Assembly (NCBI GenBank): GCA_964475165.1
Contig: CAYYVN010000008.1
Coordinates: 4,160 to 68,159, forward strand
Length of the DNA stretch: 64,000 nucleotides
From: an uncultured Verrucomicrobiota bacterium
GTDB lineage: Bacteria; Verrucomicrobiota; Kiritimatiellia; JAAZAB01
Direction of reading: 5' to 3'
Position numbers and translations under genes: made by a program. How positions within the stretch are numbered: position 1 is the first letter of the stretch; each line of letters starts with the position of its first letter. Below the pieces are notes generated by a model, which made no database searches, was not told the DNA's origin, and saw nothing but the letters and a program-made list of their open reading frames with translations. Shown piece by piece: positions 44,654 through 56,087 of the stretch.

Positions 44654-45803
44654 ATGCCGGATGATCTCAAGGAACGCCTGGAACGCCTGGAGTTGAAGGT
44701 GCTGGAGATGCGGAGGTATCTTTGACGTTGCCAACCGCGAGCAGGCCTTGCGTGAACTGGAAACGCGCATGGCCGCGGCAGAATTCTGGCATAACCAGAC
44801 CGCTGCCCAGGAGGTCATCGCGCAGGCCAATGCGCAGCGCGCCATCCTGAATCCCTTCCGGGCCCTGCAAACCGGCTATGAGGATAACCGTCTCCTGCTG
44901 GAATTGGCCCTGGCCGAGCCGGACGCTGAGCAGCGTCAGATGGCCTTAAGCAGCGTGACGCAGGACCTGGATCGTTTGGAGGCCGCTTTCCAGAAACTGG
45001 AACTGGAATCCCTGTTCAATGGCCGCTTTGATCGGCATAACGCCTATCTCACCCTGCATGCCGGCGCGGGTGGCACGGAATCCTGCGATTGGGCGGAGAT
45101 GCTCTTGCGTATGTATCGCCGCTATTGCGAGCAGCATGGTTTCGAGGTGGCCTTGCTCGATATCCTGCCCGGCGAGGAAGCCGGCATCAAAAATGCCACC
45201 CTGGCCGTGAATGGAGAGTATGCCTATGGCTACCTCGCCGCCGAGCGCGGCGTACACCGCCTGGTGCGCATCAGCCCCTTCGATGCCAATAAGCGCCGCC
45301 ATACCTCTTTTGCCTCCCTGGATGTGGTGGCGGAACTGAACGATGAGGTTGCCGTGGAAATCAAGGAGGCTGATTTGCGCGTGGATACTTACCGTTCGGG
45401 CGGGGCCGGCGGTCAGCATGTTAATCGCACCGATTCGGCCGTGCGCCTGACGCACCTGCCCAGCGGCATTGTGGTGGCTTGCCAAGCGGAGCGTTCCCAG
45501 CATGCCAATCGCGCTCGCGCGCTGAAGATCCTGCAGGCGCGCCTCTATGAATGGACCCAGGACCAGAAACGCCGCGAGATGGAAAAATTCTATGGCGCCA
45601 AGGGTGAAATCGCCTGGGGCCGCCAGATACGTTCCTATGTGTTGCAACCCTATACCATGGCCAAGGATCATCGCACCGGTATTGAAATCGGCAATGTCGC
45701 CGATGTGCTGGAGGGCAACCTGGATGCTTTTATCGCTGGTTATTTAAAATTCAAACAATCCGCCGGAGATAGAGAGGGGCGCACGCCAGATGAGCATCAA
45801 TAG
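44654..45803 (+). CDS. prfB: Peptide chain release factor 2 (programmed +1 frameshift)
   Basis: ORF0 MPDDLKERLERLELKVLEMRRYL ends at CTT TGA (44720-44725). The +1 frame continues (DVANRE...) into SPF and GGQ motifs. Confidence 0.96.
44712..44726 (+). promoter_or_regulatory. RF2 autoregulatory +1 frameshift cassette
   Basis: GGAGG-TAT-CTT-TGA-C: internal SD, slippery Leu codon and weak UGA-C stop. Confidence 0.93.
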
Positions 45804-46674
45804 TATGACCGGTTTTGGTCGCGGGACGGCTAGCGCGCGCGGCCTGCAAGTGGTGGTGGAATTGAAATCCGTCAATCATAAGCAATTCGATTGCCGGCTG
45901 GATTTGCCGTCAGCCTGGGGCGCAGCGGAAATCATCTTGCGCAAACAAATCCAAGCGCGCCTGGCGCGCGGCTATATCAGCGGCCGCATCAGCTTGCCCG
46001 GTCCAGCCCGGCTCTGCGTCAGCCTGGCGGCGGTGGATGATAAATTGGCTCAGCGCTATCTCCAGCGCTTGCGGGCGGTGGCCGCGCGTCTGGGCATGAA
46101 GGATGATTTAAGCGCCAGCGCTTTGTTGAAAATGCCGCAAGTGGTGCGCCTGCTGGAGCCGCCGGCCCAAGTGCCGCTCTGCCGTGCCCTGGCCAAGACC
46201 GCTTTGGAGAGTGCGCTGCGTGCCCTCCTGGCCATGCGGGCGCGCGAGGGGCGTGCTTTGGCGCGCGACCTGCGCCGGCGTCTGCTCACATTGCATCGTC
46301 TGGCCGAGCGCATCGCGCGGCGCGCGCCGACCGTTGCGCGCGCCTATCGCTTGGCGCTCCGGCGGCGCATTCGGGAATCCAGGCTTAAAATCAAGCTGGA
46401 TGATCCGCGTCTCATCAAGGAAGTGGCTCTCTATGCCGATCGGGCGGATATCGCCGAGGAGTTGACGCGCTTGCACTCGCATCTGCAACAATGGACCACC
46501 ATCATGGCCGGCGGCGGGGCGGTGGGGCGGACTTTGGATTTTCTGGCTCAAGAGCTCTGGCGCGAGATCAATACCATTGGTTCCAAGGCCAATGATAGCC
46601 GCATCGCTGAACACGTTATCCAATTCAAGACGGAGCTGGAACGGCTCCGCGAACAGGTCCAGAACATCGAATGA
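45790..46674 (+). CDS. yicC: YicC/YloC family endoribonuclease
   Basis: SMTGFGRG, ELKSVNHK, EVAL.ADR.DI.EEL.RL.SH and GR.LDFL.QE..RE.NTIGSK. Confidence 0.92.
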   Translation: MSINSMTGFGRGTASARGLQVVVELKSVNHKQFDCRLDLPSAWGAAEIILRKQIQARLARGYISGRISLPGPARLCVSLAAVDDKLAQRYLQRLRAVAARLGMKDDLSASALLKMPQVVRLLEPPAQVPLCRALAKTALESALRALLAMRAREGRALARDLRRRLLTLHRLAERIARRAPTVARAYRLALRRRIRESRLKIKLDDPRLIKEVALYADRADIAEELTRLHSHLQQWTTIMAGGGAVGRTLDFLAQELWREINTIGSKANDSRIAEHVIQFKTELERLREQVQNIE

Positions 46675-47288
46675 AGAAACCCCATCAGCGCCCCTTATGT
46701 ATCGTGCTTTCCGCGCCTTCCGGCGCCGGTAAGACCACCCTGGCCACCCGTTTGCTGGGGGAGTTTCCGGAGATCATGCCTTCGGTTTCCTGTACCACGC
46801 GCGCCCCGCGCCCGGGAGAGGTGACCGGGCAGCATTATCATTTCCTGAGCGCAGCGGAGTTCGAGCGCCGTATCCCCACCGGCTATTTTCTGGAATATGC
46901 CCAGGTTCACGATCATTGGTATGGCACGCCCCGCCAACCTTTAGAGCAGGCTTTGCTGGCCGGGCGCGACGCTCTTTTGGTGATAGATGTGCAGGGGGCC
47001 GCCCGCATTCGGCGCTTGATAAGCCAATCCGGCTTTGATATCCTCAAGAATACTTTGGTTGATATTTTCATCCTGCCGCCGAGTCTGGCCATTCTGCAGG
47101 AGCGCTTAATCAAACGCGGCCAGGATTCAGCCGCCAGCTTGCAACGGCGCCTGGCCGGCGCTGCGCAGGAAATGGCCTGCCGGGATCAGTATCGGCATGT
47201 GATCATCAATGATCAACTCGAAGCCGCCTATGCCCAATTAAAAAAAATAATCCAAGAGGAACACACCCAGCCGCTTGGTCAGAGATGA
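46671..47288 (+). CDS. gmk: Guanylate kinase
   Basis: SAPSGAGKTT, SCTTR.PR.GE..G.HY.F, EYAQVH..WYGT and IDVQGA. Confidence 0.95.
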   Translation: MKKPHQRPLCIVLSAPSGAGKTTLATRLLGEFPEIMPSVSCTTRAPRPGEVTGQHYHFLSAAEFERRIPTGYFLEYAQVHDHWYGTPRQPLEQALLAGRDALLVIDVQGAARIRRLISQSGFDILKNTLVDIFILPPSLAILQERLIKRGQDSAASLQRRLAGAAQEMACRDQYRHVIINDQLEAAYAQLKKIIQEEHTQPLGQR

Positions 47289-47845
47289 AAACTAAGCCTC
47301 ATATTGTGCTCGGCGTCACCGGTTCCATCGCCGCCTATAAGGCGGCCGAACTGGTGCGCCTGATGGTCAAACAAAATTGGGAAGTATCCGTGATCATGAC
47401 CCAGGCGGCGCAGCGTTTCGTGGGCGCGCTGACTTTGCAAACGCTCTCGCGCCGCCCGGTGGTGCTGGATCTGTTTGCGGAGCCCGACGATTGGCAGCCG
47501 GCACATATCGCGCTGGCCGATCTAGCCGATGTGCTCTTGATCGCACCCTGCACGGCCAATGTGCTGGCCAAGCTGGCCCATGGTTTGGCCGATGATGCCT
47601 TGAGCGCCACGGCCCTCGCTTGCCGCTCGCCGCTATTGATCGCTCCGGCCATGAACACCAGGATGTGGGAACATCCGGCCACGCGCGCTAACCTCCAGCT
47701 ACTGGAGGCGCGCCAAGCCCGCATTGTGGCCGTGGAAAAGGGCGCGCTGGCCTGCGCTCAAGAAGGCGCCGGGCGCATGGCCGCGCCGGAAAGCATCTTG
47801 GCGGCCGTCGCCGATCTTTTACCCAAAGATGCCCGCCGCCCCTGA
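47285..47845 (+). CDS. coaC: Phosphopantothenoylcysteine decarboxylase (stand-alone CoaC)
   Basis: LGVTGSIAAYKA, HI.LA, APCTAN.LAK.A.G.ADD, APAMN..MW and G.LAC...G.GRM. Confidence 0.9.
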   Translation: MKTKPHIVLGVTGSIAAYKAAELVRLMVKQNWEVSVIMTQAAQRFVGALTLQTLSRRPVVLDLFAEPDDWQPAHIALADLADVLLIAPCTANVLAKLAHGLADDALSATALACRSPLLIAPAMNTRMWEHPATRANLQLLEARQARIVAVEKGALACAQEGAGRMAAPESILAAVADLLPKDARRP

Positions 47846-47873
47846 AGGGTGGCCAAGCTTATAGGGGCAAGCC

Positions 47874-48521
47874 ATGAGAATACTGATTACCGCCGGGCCA
47901 ACGCGAGAACCGATTGATCCCGTGCGCTTCATCAGCAATCGTTCCAGTGGTAAAATGGGCTATGCCGTGGCGCGCGCCGCCCTCCGGCAGGGACATGAAA
48001 CGGTGCTGATCTCCGGTCCGGTGGCGCTGCCGCCACCGGAGCAGGTGGAGGTGCTTTCCGTCCTCACCGCTCAGGAGATGCTGGCAGCCATCCAGCAGCG
48101 CCTGGCCTGGTGCGAGGTTCTGGTAATGGCCGCCGCTGTCTGCGACTGGCGGCCGCGTTATCCCTGCTCGCAAAAGATCAAGAAATTGCAGATGTCCCAT
48201 GCCTTACAATTGAAGCCCACCCCGGATATTCTGCGCGCTGTGCGCGCCCAAAAAGAGCACCGGATTTTTGTGGGGTTTGCCGCTGAAACGCGCGATCTCA
48301 TCAAGGAAGCCAAACGTAAACTGATCGAAAAAGACCTGGACCTGATCGTCGCCAATGATGTCAGCCAGCCCGGAGCCGGGTTCGATGTGGATACCAATCA
48401 AGTAGTCATGATTGGCGCCGCTGGGGAAAGCATCAAACTGCCGCTGCTCTCTAAGGATGAGGTAGCCGCGCGTATCATTCAATGGTTAGAGACCCGCGCT
48501 GGCCAAAAAGCCGCGCGCTAG
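47874..48521 (+). CDS. coaB: Phosphopantothenate-cysteine ligase (stand-alone CoaB)
   Basis: LITAGPTRE.IDPVRFISNRSSGKMG, AAAV.D, VGFAAET and D..VANDVS....GF..D.N. Confidence 0.92.
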   Translation: MRILITAGPTREPIDPVRFISNRSSGKMGYAVARAALRQGHETVLISGPVALPPPEQVEVLSVLTAQEMLAAIQQRLAWCEVLVMAAAVCDWRPRYPCSQKIKKLQMSHALQLKPTPDILRAVRAQKEHRIFVGFAAETRDLIKEAKRKLIEKDLDLIVANDVSQPGAGFDVDTNQVVMIGAAGESIKLPLLSKDEVAARIIQWLETRAGQKAAR

Positions 48522-49357
48522 TTGTCCCTGGCCTGCACGGGTAGGCTTGGCGTTGCCGGCGCGGGGGTTGTGGGCTGGTTTCCGCCCAGCGGCCGGCCAG
48601 CCGGGCGCCAGATCTGCGCGGCTTTCAGATTCAATTGCGCGGCAACCTCCCAAGCTCGCCGGATGCTGGCCAGCTCGCCGATCTCATGGGCGTCAGAGCC
48701 CAGTGCGAAACAAACCCCTTCCGCCGCCAGCGCCGCCAGGAAGGCGATGTATTCTTCCACATAGCGTTGGCCATAAAAGGGATTGGTCAGGTTGGAGCAG
48801 GCATTGATTTCGATGGCCGTGCCTGTCTCTCTGGCCGCCTGGCCCAGTTCGCGTATATAGCTTTGGGGAACAGCGCGCATCGAATCAAACAAGGCCCAGC
48901 CTTTCCGCTTGAATTCTGACTCCATGAACCAATAGGGGTGCACTAAAACATCCACCAGGGGATCGCGGCAGACTTTGAGATGATGGCGATGTTGTATGGC
49001 CAGCATTCGCGGCAGATCATAGCTATCCAAATAGGTGCTATGGATGCCGGCGCTGGCAAACTGAAAGCCATATTGCTCCTTGATTTCGGCATTGAAGGCG
49101 AAGGAACCGTCTGGCCCGGAAAAATTCAGTTCGGCGCCAAAGTAGACAGCCACCTCCGTATCCAAGGCTTCGATATCACGGCGAATGAGCTGATGGCGGT
49201 CGAGGCGATCGATAGAGTTCAAGTGATCGGAGATGCCCAGCGCGGTTATGCCCAGGCGCTCACATTCGGCCACAATGGCTGCCAGCTCCATGGAACTATC
49301 GGCGCAGCCCAGGTATTTGGTGTGAATATGAAAATCATACCGCGGAACATTATTCAT
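48518..49357 (-). CDS. PHP-domain metal-dependent phosphoesterase
   Basis: DFHIHT, GISDH, G.ELN, ..HPY, .EIN and GSDAHE. Start set at ATG 49357; the longer ORF overlaps the ferredoxin gene. Confidence 0.85.
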   Translation of the reverse strand: MNNVPRYDFHIHTKYLGCADSSMELAAIVAECERLGITALGISDHLNSIDRLDRHQLIRRDIEALDTEVAVYFGAELNFSGPDGSFAFNAEIKEQYGFQFASAGIHSTYLDSYDLPRMLAIQHRHHLKVCRDPLVDVLVHPYWFMESEFKRKGWALFDSMRAVPQSYIRELGQAARETGTAIEINACSNLTNPFYGQRYVEEYIAFLAALAAEGVCFALGSDAHEIGELASIRRAWEVAAQLNLKAAQIWRPAGRPLGGNQPTTPAPATPSLPVQARDN

Positions 49358-49492
49358 TATCAGTATCTCATGCCAAGAGCAGCTGAGCGCCGGAGGGGCC
49401 GCTGCTTTTTTATAATATTTTTTATTGTCAAGGACCCCGCGAGTGGATAAGCTATCTACTATCAATGCGGTCTTATTACAAGGAGAAACATT

Positions 49493-49681
49493 ATGAAGGC
49501 CATAGTGGATAAAGATACATGCACAGGCTGCGGCCTTTGCGTGGATACCTGTCCGGAAGTGTTTGAGATGGATGATGCCGTGGCCACGGTGAAAGTGGCC
49601 GAAGTGCCCGCGGAGGCGATACAAACCTGCCGGGAGGCCGCTGATATTTGCCCGGTGGAAGCCATCAAGATCGAAGAATAA
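49493..49681 (+). CDS. Ferredoxin (single cluster, CxxCxxC...CP)
   Basis: CTGCGLC...CPEVF ... A.D.CPVEAI; RBS AAGGAGA. Confidence 0.9.
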   Translation: MKAIVDKDTCTGCGLCVDTCPEVFEMDDAVATVKVAEVPAEAIQTCREAADICPVEAIKIEE

Positions 49682-49837
49682 TTCGCCGCCGTCAGCCAGC
49701 GTCGATAATTTCGCCCGCGCGCCGCTCAAAGCATCGCCGGGCTCAGCCTAGCCTCTAGGGGCAGTTACTTTGCTGCCGCAAGGGTAGGGGTCTATTGGGC
49801 GGCGCTGCCGGTCTAGCCCCGCGCACTTGTTTGCTGA

Positions 49838-50962
<1,125 letters not shown>

Positions 50963-51001
50963 CAACCCAGCAGAAAAGCTAAATATACCAGGAGACGATC
51001 T

Positions 51002-51358
51002 ATGATCACGATAGCTTGCACAACAATTCTCGCTATGGGCGGCAGTGCCGGAGGACCAGGACAATCGCAGTCGCCGATGGTCCTGATCGGCTGGCTGGCG
51101 ATCATGGTGGGCTTGTTTTATTTCATGATGATCCGTCCCCAGCAACGCAAGGAAAAGGAGCGTAAAGCTTTAATCAGCAACATCAAATCCGGCGATCGGG
51201 TTCTCTTGAGCGGCGGGATCATTGGTGTCGTGGCCAATATCAAGGATAACATCTTTATCGTTAAAATTGCCGACAATACCAGGATCGAAGTCATCAAGAG
51301 CGCGATCTTGCGCGTTTTGCAGAAGGATGAGGATATCTCCTCGGAAGCGAAAGGGTAG
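51002..51358 (+). CDS. yajC: Preprotein translocase subunit YajC
   Basis: FYFMMIRPQQRK.KE...L...IK.GD.V...GGI.G; lies between tgt and secD. Confidence 0.93.
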   Translation: MITIACTTILAMGGSAGGPGQSQSPMVLIGWLAIMVGLFYFMMIRPQQRKEKERKALISNIKSGDRVLLSGGIIGVVANIKDNIFIVKIADNTRIEVIKSAILRVLQKDEDISSEAKG

Positions 51359-51364
51359 GCTCTC

Positions 51365-53884
51365 ATGGACAAGCATGCCGTATGGAAGTGGCTGATACTC
51401 ATCGCCCTGACCGCCTGGTCGCTGGCCTTGGTAATCCCGCCGGCCAAAAAAATCAAGCTGGGCCTTGATCTGAAGGGCGGGACCAGTTTCACCGTGCAGA
51501 TCAATCAGGCCGAAATCGAGAAGCAATTGCGCGAGGAATATCCGGATTGGACCGCTGAGCAGCTTCAGAGCCGCGTGCCATCATCCATCAAGCGTGCCCA
51601 GGAACAGGCCCTGGAAATCATTCGCAATCGCGTGGATGCCCTGGGCGTGGCTGAGCCGCTGATTTACCCGGAAAAAGATAATCATGTTATCGTCCAGATT
51701 CCCGGTCTCAAAGAGGCCGATCGCGAGCGTGCCATCCAGTTGATTCAGAGTGCGGCTTTCCTGGAATTTGCCATGGTGCACGAGGAAAACGATAAGCTCG
51801 TGCAGGCGCTCTTCGATAAAGGCCTGGCGCCGGAAGGCTATCGGATTGTGAGCGCGGGCGGGCGCCAGTTTCATGGCGACTATTACCAGCGCGATCTGCA
51901 ATCCATGCCCGATGGCGCGTTGGGTGCCGAGTTCCGCGCTCGCTTGGAGCGTTTCCAGGCCCCGCCCGGTTATCGCTTTATGCTGGAGGAAAAAATCATT
52001 GAGGGCCAAAAACAGCATATCCCCTATTTCGTCCGCCAACGCTACGAGATGAAAGGCGATGCCCTCAAAAACGCCGGCGTGGAATACGATCAGATGGGGC
52101 GGCCCTATGTGACGCTCTCCTTTGATAAAAAAGGCGCTCGTAAATTCGCGCGCATCACCTCCGATTACGCCCCCGGCGGGGCGCGCAATCCCAGTCCGGA
52201 AGGCCGCCGCTATATGGCCATCATCATGGATGGCCGCCTTTATTCGGCGCCTTTCCTGAAAACCGCCATCTACGGTGGCGATGCCATCATTGAGGGTAAT
52301 TTTTCCATAGCCGAGGCCCAGGGCCTCGCCATCGTGCTCCGTTCCGGATCGCTGCCGGCACCGGTGGAAATCATCGCTTCGTGGACGGTGGATCCTTCCC
52401 TGGGCCGTGATTCCATCGAAAGCGGCACGCGCGCCACCATCTATAGCGGCATCATTGTGGTTGTTTTTATGACCGCTTACTATTTACTGGGTGGCGTCAT
52501 CGCCAATATCGGCCTGCTCTTCAATATGCTGCTGCTGCCGCTGGCGATGATGATCACCGCCGGTGTTCTGAGCATGTTTTCCGGTGGCGCCGGCGGTGGC
52601 GCCAGCGTCGGTTTGCCCGTCTTAACCCTGCCGGGGATTGCTGGGATCGCTCTGACCATCGGCATGGCCGTGGATGCCAATGTCCTCATCTTTGAGCGGA
52701 TTCGTGAGGAACAAAATACCGGTAAGCGCCTGGCGGCGGCCATTGAGGGCGGCTACCATAAGGCTTTCATCACCATCTTGGATGCCAATCTGACCACCGT
52801 GCTGACGGCGGTGATCCTCTTCATTTTCGGCACAGGCGCCGTGCGCGGCTTCGGCATTACCTTGACGGCTGGCATTATGGCCAGCATGTATTCAGCCCTG
52901 GTGATCACGCGGATGATCTTCAATGCCATCGTCGCCCGCAGCTCGCTGCCGCGCTTACGCATGTTGCATATTATCCGCTCCACCAACATTGATTTCATCG
53001 GTGTCTGGAAGATCGCTCTGCTGGTCTCGCTGATCGTGATTGTGGGGGCTTGGGCCGTGGTTGTTTCCAGAGGCCACCAGGATATCACCCGGGTGCTGGG
53101 TACAGATTTCACCGGTGGCGCGGCTATCACCTTCAGCTTCCAAGAGAAAGAGGCTGTGGAAAAAATTCGCGATACCCTGGCTGGCGTGGGCATCAAGCAG
53201 GCCCATATTCAATACCAGAAGGTCATGGATAAGCCCTTGGAATATTTGCAGGTGCGTGTGCCGGAAGCCAGCGGTATCGCCGCCAAGGAAGCTCTCTTAA
53301 CCGCTTTCGCCGGAGCGGGTTTCAGTGTGCTCAGCGAAGATTTGGTTGGCCCCCAGGTGGGCGCGGATATGGCGCGGCGGGCGCTCTGGGCCATGGCCCT
53401 GGCTTTGGGTGGTATTATTATTTATATATCCTGCCGCTTCAAGTTTGCCTATGCCGTCGGCGCCGTGGCGGCGCTCCTGCATGATGTCTTGGTGGGGCTG
53501 GGGATCTATTGCCTTTGCGGCCGCCAGGTAGATATGATCATCGTGGCCGCCCTGATGACCATCATCGGCTTTTCGGTGAATGATACCATCGTCATTTTCG
53601 ATCGTATTCGCGAGAAGCTCAAGTTGCAGCCCAATCTGCCTTTTCGGCAAGTCTGCAATCTGAGCATCAACGAAACCCTGGGCCGCACCATCCTGACTTC
53701 CACCACCATCTTTTTGGCGGTCTTGATGTTGCTGATCTTTGGCGGCGGTGCCATTAATGATTTTGCCTTTCTATTCTTCATCGGCATCATCGCCGGAACC
53801 TATTCCAGCGTTTATATCGCCACGCCGGTGATGATCGCCCTCACCCGCCGCAGCAAGGGGGCCGCCAGCACACCCAAGCGTTGA
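51365..53884 (+). CDS. secDF: Fused protein translocase SecDF
   Basis: LGLDLKGG, LTLPGIAG..LTIGMAVDANVLIFERIREE, G.DFTGG and GFSVNDTIVIFDRIRE. Confidence 0.96.
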   Translation: MDKHAVWKWLILIALTAWSLALVIPPAKKIKLGLDLKGGTSFTVQINQAEIEKQLREEYPDWTAEQLQSRVPSSIKRAQEQALEIIRNRVDALGVAEPLIYPEKDNHVIVQIPGLKEADRERAIQLIQSAAFLEFAMVHEENDKLVQALFDKGLAPEGYRIVSAGGRQFHGDYYQRDLQSMPDGALGAEFRARLERFQAPPGYRFMLEEKIIEGQKQHIPYFVRQRYEMKGDALKNAGVEYDQMGRPYVTLSFDKKGARKFARITSDYAPGGARNPSPEGRRYMAIIMDGRLYSAPFLKTAIYGGDAIIEGNFSIAEAQGLAIVLRSGSLPAPVEIIASWTVDPSLGRDSIESGTRATIYSGIIVVVFMTAYYLLGGVIANIGLLFNMLLLPLAMMITAGVLSMFSGGAGGGASVGLPVLTLPGIAGIALTIGMAVDANVLIFERIREEQNTGKRLAAAIEGGYHKAFITILDANLTTVLTAVILFIFGTGAVRGFGITLTAGIMASMYSALVITRMIFNAIVARSSLPRLRMLHIIRSTNIDFIGVWKIALLVSLIVIVGAWAVVVSRGHQDITRVLGTDFTGGAAITFSFQEKEAVEKIRDTLAGVGIKQAHIQYQKVMDKPLEYLQVRVPEASGIAAKEALLTAFAGAGFSVLSEDLVGPQVGADMARRALWAMALALGGIIIYISCRFKFAYAVGAVAALLHDVLVGLGIYCLCGRQVDMIIVAALMTIIGFSVNDTIVIFDRIREKLKLQPNLPFRQVCNLSINETLGRTILTSTTIFLAVLMLLIFGGGAINDFAFLFFIGIIAGTYSSVYIATPVMIALTRRSKGAASTPKR

Positions 53885-54116
53885 AACGCTAGCGCCTGCT
53901 ATTATCAAGCGGCAGCGTAGAGGGTAATAGCGCCCGGACCGGCCAACGCCCGCGCTGGCCGCGCGGCCTTGGGCCGCTGGCCCTTACCCTGCTGGCGCTT
54001 GGACCGGCGCGCCTTGAGCCGCGGCCGCAGGCGGCGCCTATCGGAGAGGCCGGGGAGCTTGGTGGAAGCGATGGTTGAAAAGATGGCTCGCTATGCTATG
54101 CTATCGGCCAGCGAAC

Positions 54117-54659
54117 ATGGCTATCAAGATTAAAACTGGTATAGGCTTTGATGTGCACCGGCTGACGCCGGAGCGGCCTCTGATCTTGGGTGGGGTAACC
54201 ATAGAGCATCCGCTGGGCCTGCTGGGGCATTCGGATGCCGATGCCTTGTGCCATGCCATCGGCGACGCCTTGCTGGGTGCCGTGGCCGCCGCGGATCTGG
54301 GGGCGCATTTTCCGGATACGGATCCGCGCTGGAAAAATGCGGTCAGTTTGGAGCTGCTCGCTCGCATACGCGAGCAACTCATCGCGCAGCATGCGCGCAT
54401 CATTAATGTGGATGCAGTGGTGCTGGCCGAGCAGCCGCGTTTGGCGCCGCACCGTGAGGCCATGCGCGCCAACCTGGCGCGGGCCTTGCAAATATCAGTG
54501 GATTGTGTTTCGGTAAAAGCAACCACCCTGGAAGGGCTGGGCGCTCTGGGCCGTCAAGCAGGCATTGCCGTCATGGCGGTGGCCACGGTGGAGCAAGGCG
54601 TATCCGCAGAGCAACCTGGCCCGGCCCGATCTGCGCCGGGGACATCAGCGGTAATCTGA
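54117..54659 (+). CDS. ispF: 2-C-methyl-D-erythritol 2,4-cyclodiphosphate synthase
   Basis: G.GFDVH, GHSDAD...HAI.DALLGA, DLG..FPD and KATT.EGLG..GR..GIA. Start set at ATG 54117. Confidence 0.95.
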   Translation: MAIKIKTGIGFDVHRLTPERPLILGGVTIEHPLGLLGHSDADALCHAIGDALLGAVAAADLGAHFPDTDPRWKNAVSLELLARIREQLIAQHARIINVDAVVLAEQPRLAPHREAMRANLARALQISVDCVSVKATTLEGLGALGRQAGIAVMAVATVEQGVSAEQPGPARSAPGTSAVI

Positions 54660-54660
54660 T

Positions 54661-56073
54661 ATGGCTCTGAAAATCTTCAACACGCTCTCTCGTCGGCTGG
54701 AATCCTTTGAGCCTTTGACGGCTGGTAAGGTCCGCATGTATACCTGCGGGCCGACTGTTTATGATTATGCGCACATTGGTAATTTTCGCGCTTACCTGTT
54801 TGAGGATCTGTTGCGGCGCTATCTGCAATATAGTGGGTATCAGGTCACGCAGATCATGAATCTTACCGATGTCGACGATAAAACCATTCAAGGTTCACAG
54901 AAAGCCGGTTTGCCCTTGGCGGAATATACGCGCCATTATAAGGAAGCATTTTTCGCTGATATCCAGGCTTTGAACATTGAGGCGGCTGAAGCATATCCGG
55001 CGGCTACGGAACATATTCCGGAAATGATCGCTTTGATCGAGACCCTGTTCAAGGCGGGAGTTGCCTATCGATCCGAGGATGGATCGGTCTATTTCAGTAT
55101 CGCTAAATTTCCCGCCTATGGCCGCTTGGCCCAGTTGGATTTATCGGAACTGCGCCCGGGGGCGCGGGTTGCCCAGGATGAATATCAGAAGGATAACCTG
55201 GCCGATTTTGCCCTCTGGAAAGCCTGGAGTCCAGCGGATGGCCCCGTGGGCTGGGAGGCGCCCTGGGGGCGAGGACGGCCGGGCTGGCACATCGAATGCT
55301 CGGCCATGAGCATGAAATATCTGGGGCCGAGCTTCGATCTGCACACGGGAGGAGTCGATAATATCTTCCCTCATCATGAAGATGAAATTGCCCAAAGCGA
55401 GGCGGCCACCGGTCAACCTTTCGTTAAATATTGGATGCACTGTGCGCACTTGGTGGTTGAGGGGCGGAAAATGTCGAAATCGCTGGGTAATTTTTTCACC
55501 CTGCGCGACCTGCGCGAGCGCGGCTATAATGGTAGGGAGATCCGTTACGCTTTACTGAGCGCTCATTACCGTCAGACTTTGAACTTCAGTTTCGCCGCCT
55601 TAACGGCTGCCCGTGCGGCCCTGCAGCGCCTGGATGAATTTCAAGATCGCCTGGCTCCCTTGGCGGGCAGTGTTCAGCTAGCGCCGGACACTTTGCCGCC
55701 CTGGGTGGCTCAACAGCGTTTGGCTTTCGAGGCGGCTCTGGATGATGATCTCAATATGCCCCTGGCCCTGGCCGCGCTCTTTGAGCTGGTGCATGCCGGT
55801 CACCGCCGCCTGGATACGCAAGCCCTGTCGCCGCCAGAGGCTGCACACATCCAACATACTCTCTCGGCCTGGGATCGAGTGCTGGGCTTCTTGGCCAAAA
55901 CGGAAGCGCAGCCGGATGCTGCCGTAACGCGCCTGGCCACTGAACGCCAGGAGGCTCGCGCGGCGCGCCAGTGGCAGGCAGCCGATCGTTTACGGCAATT
56001 GATCGCTGAGCGCGGCTGGATCGTTCAGGATACTCCGCAGGGATTTCAATTGAAGCCTAACAATCTTCGCTAG
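54661..56073 (+). CDS. cysS: Cysteine--tRNA ligase
   Basis: CGPTVY...HIGN, GRPGWHIECSAM, FPHHE.E.AQ and KMSKS. Confidence 0.97.
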   Translation: MALKIFNTLSRRLESFEPLTAGKVRMYTCGPTVYDYAHIGNFRAYLFEDLLRRYLQYSGYQVTQIMNLTDVDDKTIQGSQKAGLPLAEYTRHYKEAFFADIQALNIEAAEAYPAATEHIPEMIALIETLFKAGVAYRSEDGSVYFSIAKFPAYGRLAQLDLSELRPGARVAQDEYQKDNLADFALWKAWSPADGPVGWEAPWGRGRPGWHIECSAMSMKYLGPSFDLHTGGVDNIFPHHEDEIAQSEAATGQPFVKYWMHCAHLVVEGRKMSKSLGNFFTLRDLRERGYNGREIRYALLSAHYRQTLNFSFAALTAARAALQRLDEFQDRLAPLAGSVQLAPDTLPPWVAQQRLAFEAALDDDLNMPLALAALFELVHAGHRRLDTQALSPPEAAHIQHTLSAWDRVLGFLAKTEAQPDAAVTRLATERQEARAARQWQAADRLRQLIAERGWIVQDTPQGFQLKPNNLR

Positions 56074-56087
56074 CATGGGAGGTCAGG

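Noticed and set aside
49358-49729. Extended N-terminus of the PHP ORF (403 aa as listed)
   Set aside because: The extension overlaps the well-supported ferredoxin gene on the opposite strand, and the PHP HxH motif begins right after Met at 49357.
53895-54010. TTATCAAG...GAGGG...GCCC...GGCCAAC resembling the start of a SAM-I riboswitch
   Set aside because: The P1/P3/P4 pairing and conserved GCAACC/GGUGC/GAUG core are not recoverable, and the downstream gene (ispF) is not a SAM-regulon gene. An Rfam scan would settle it.
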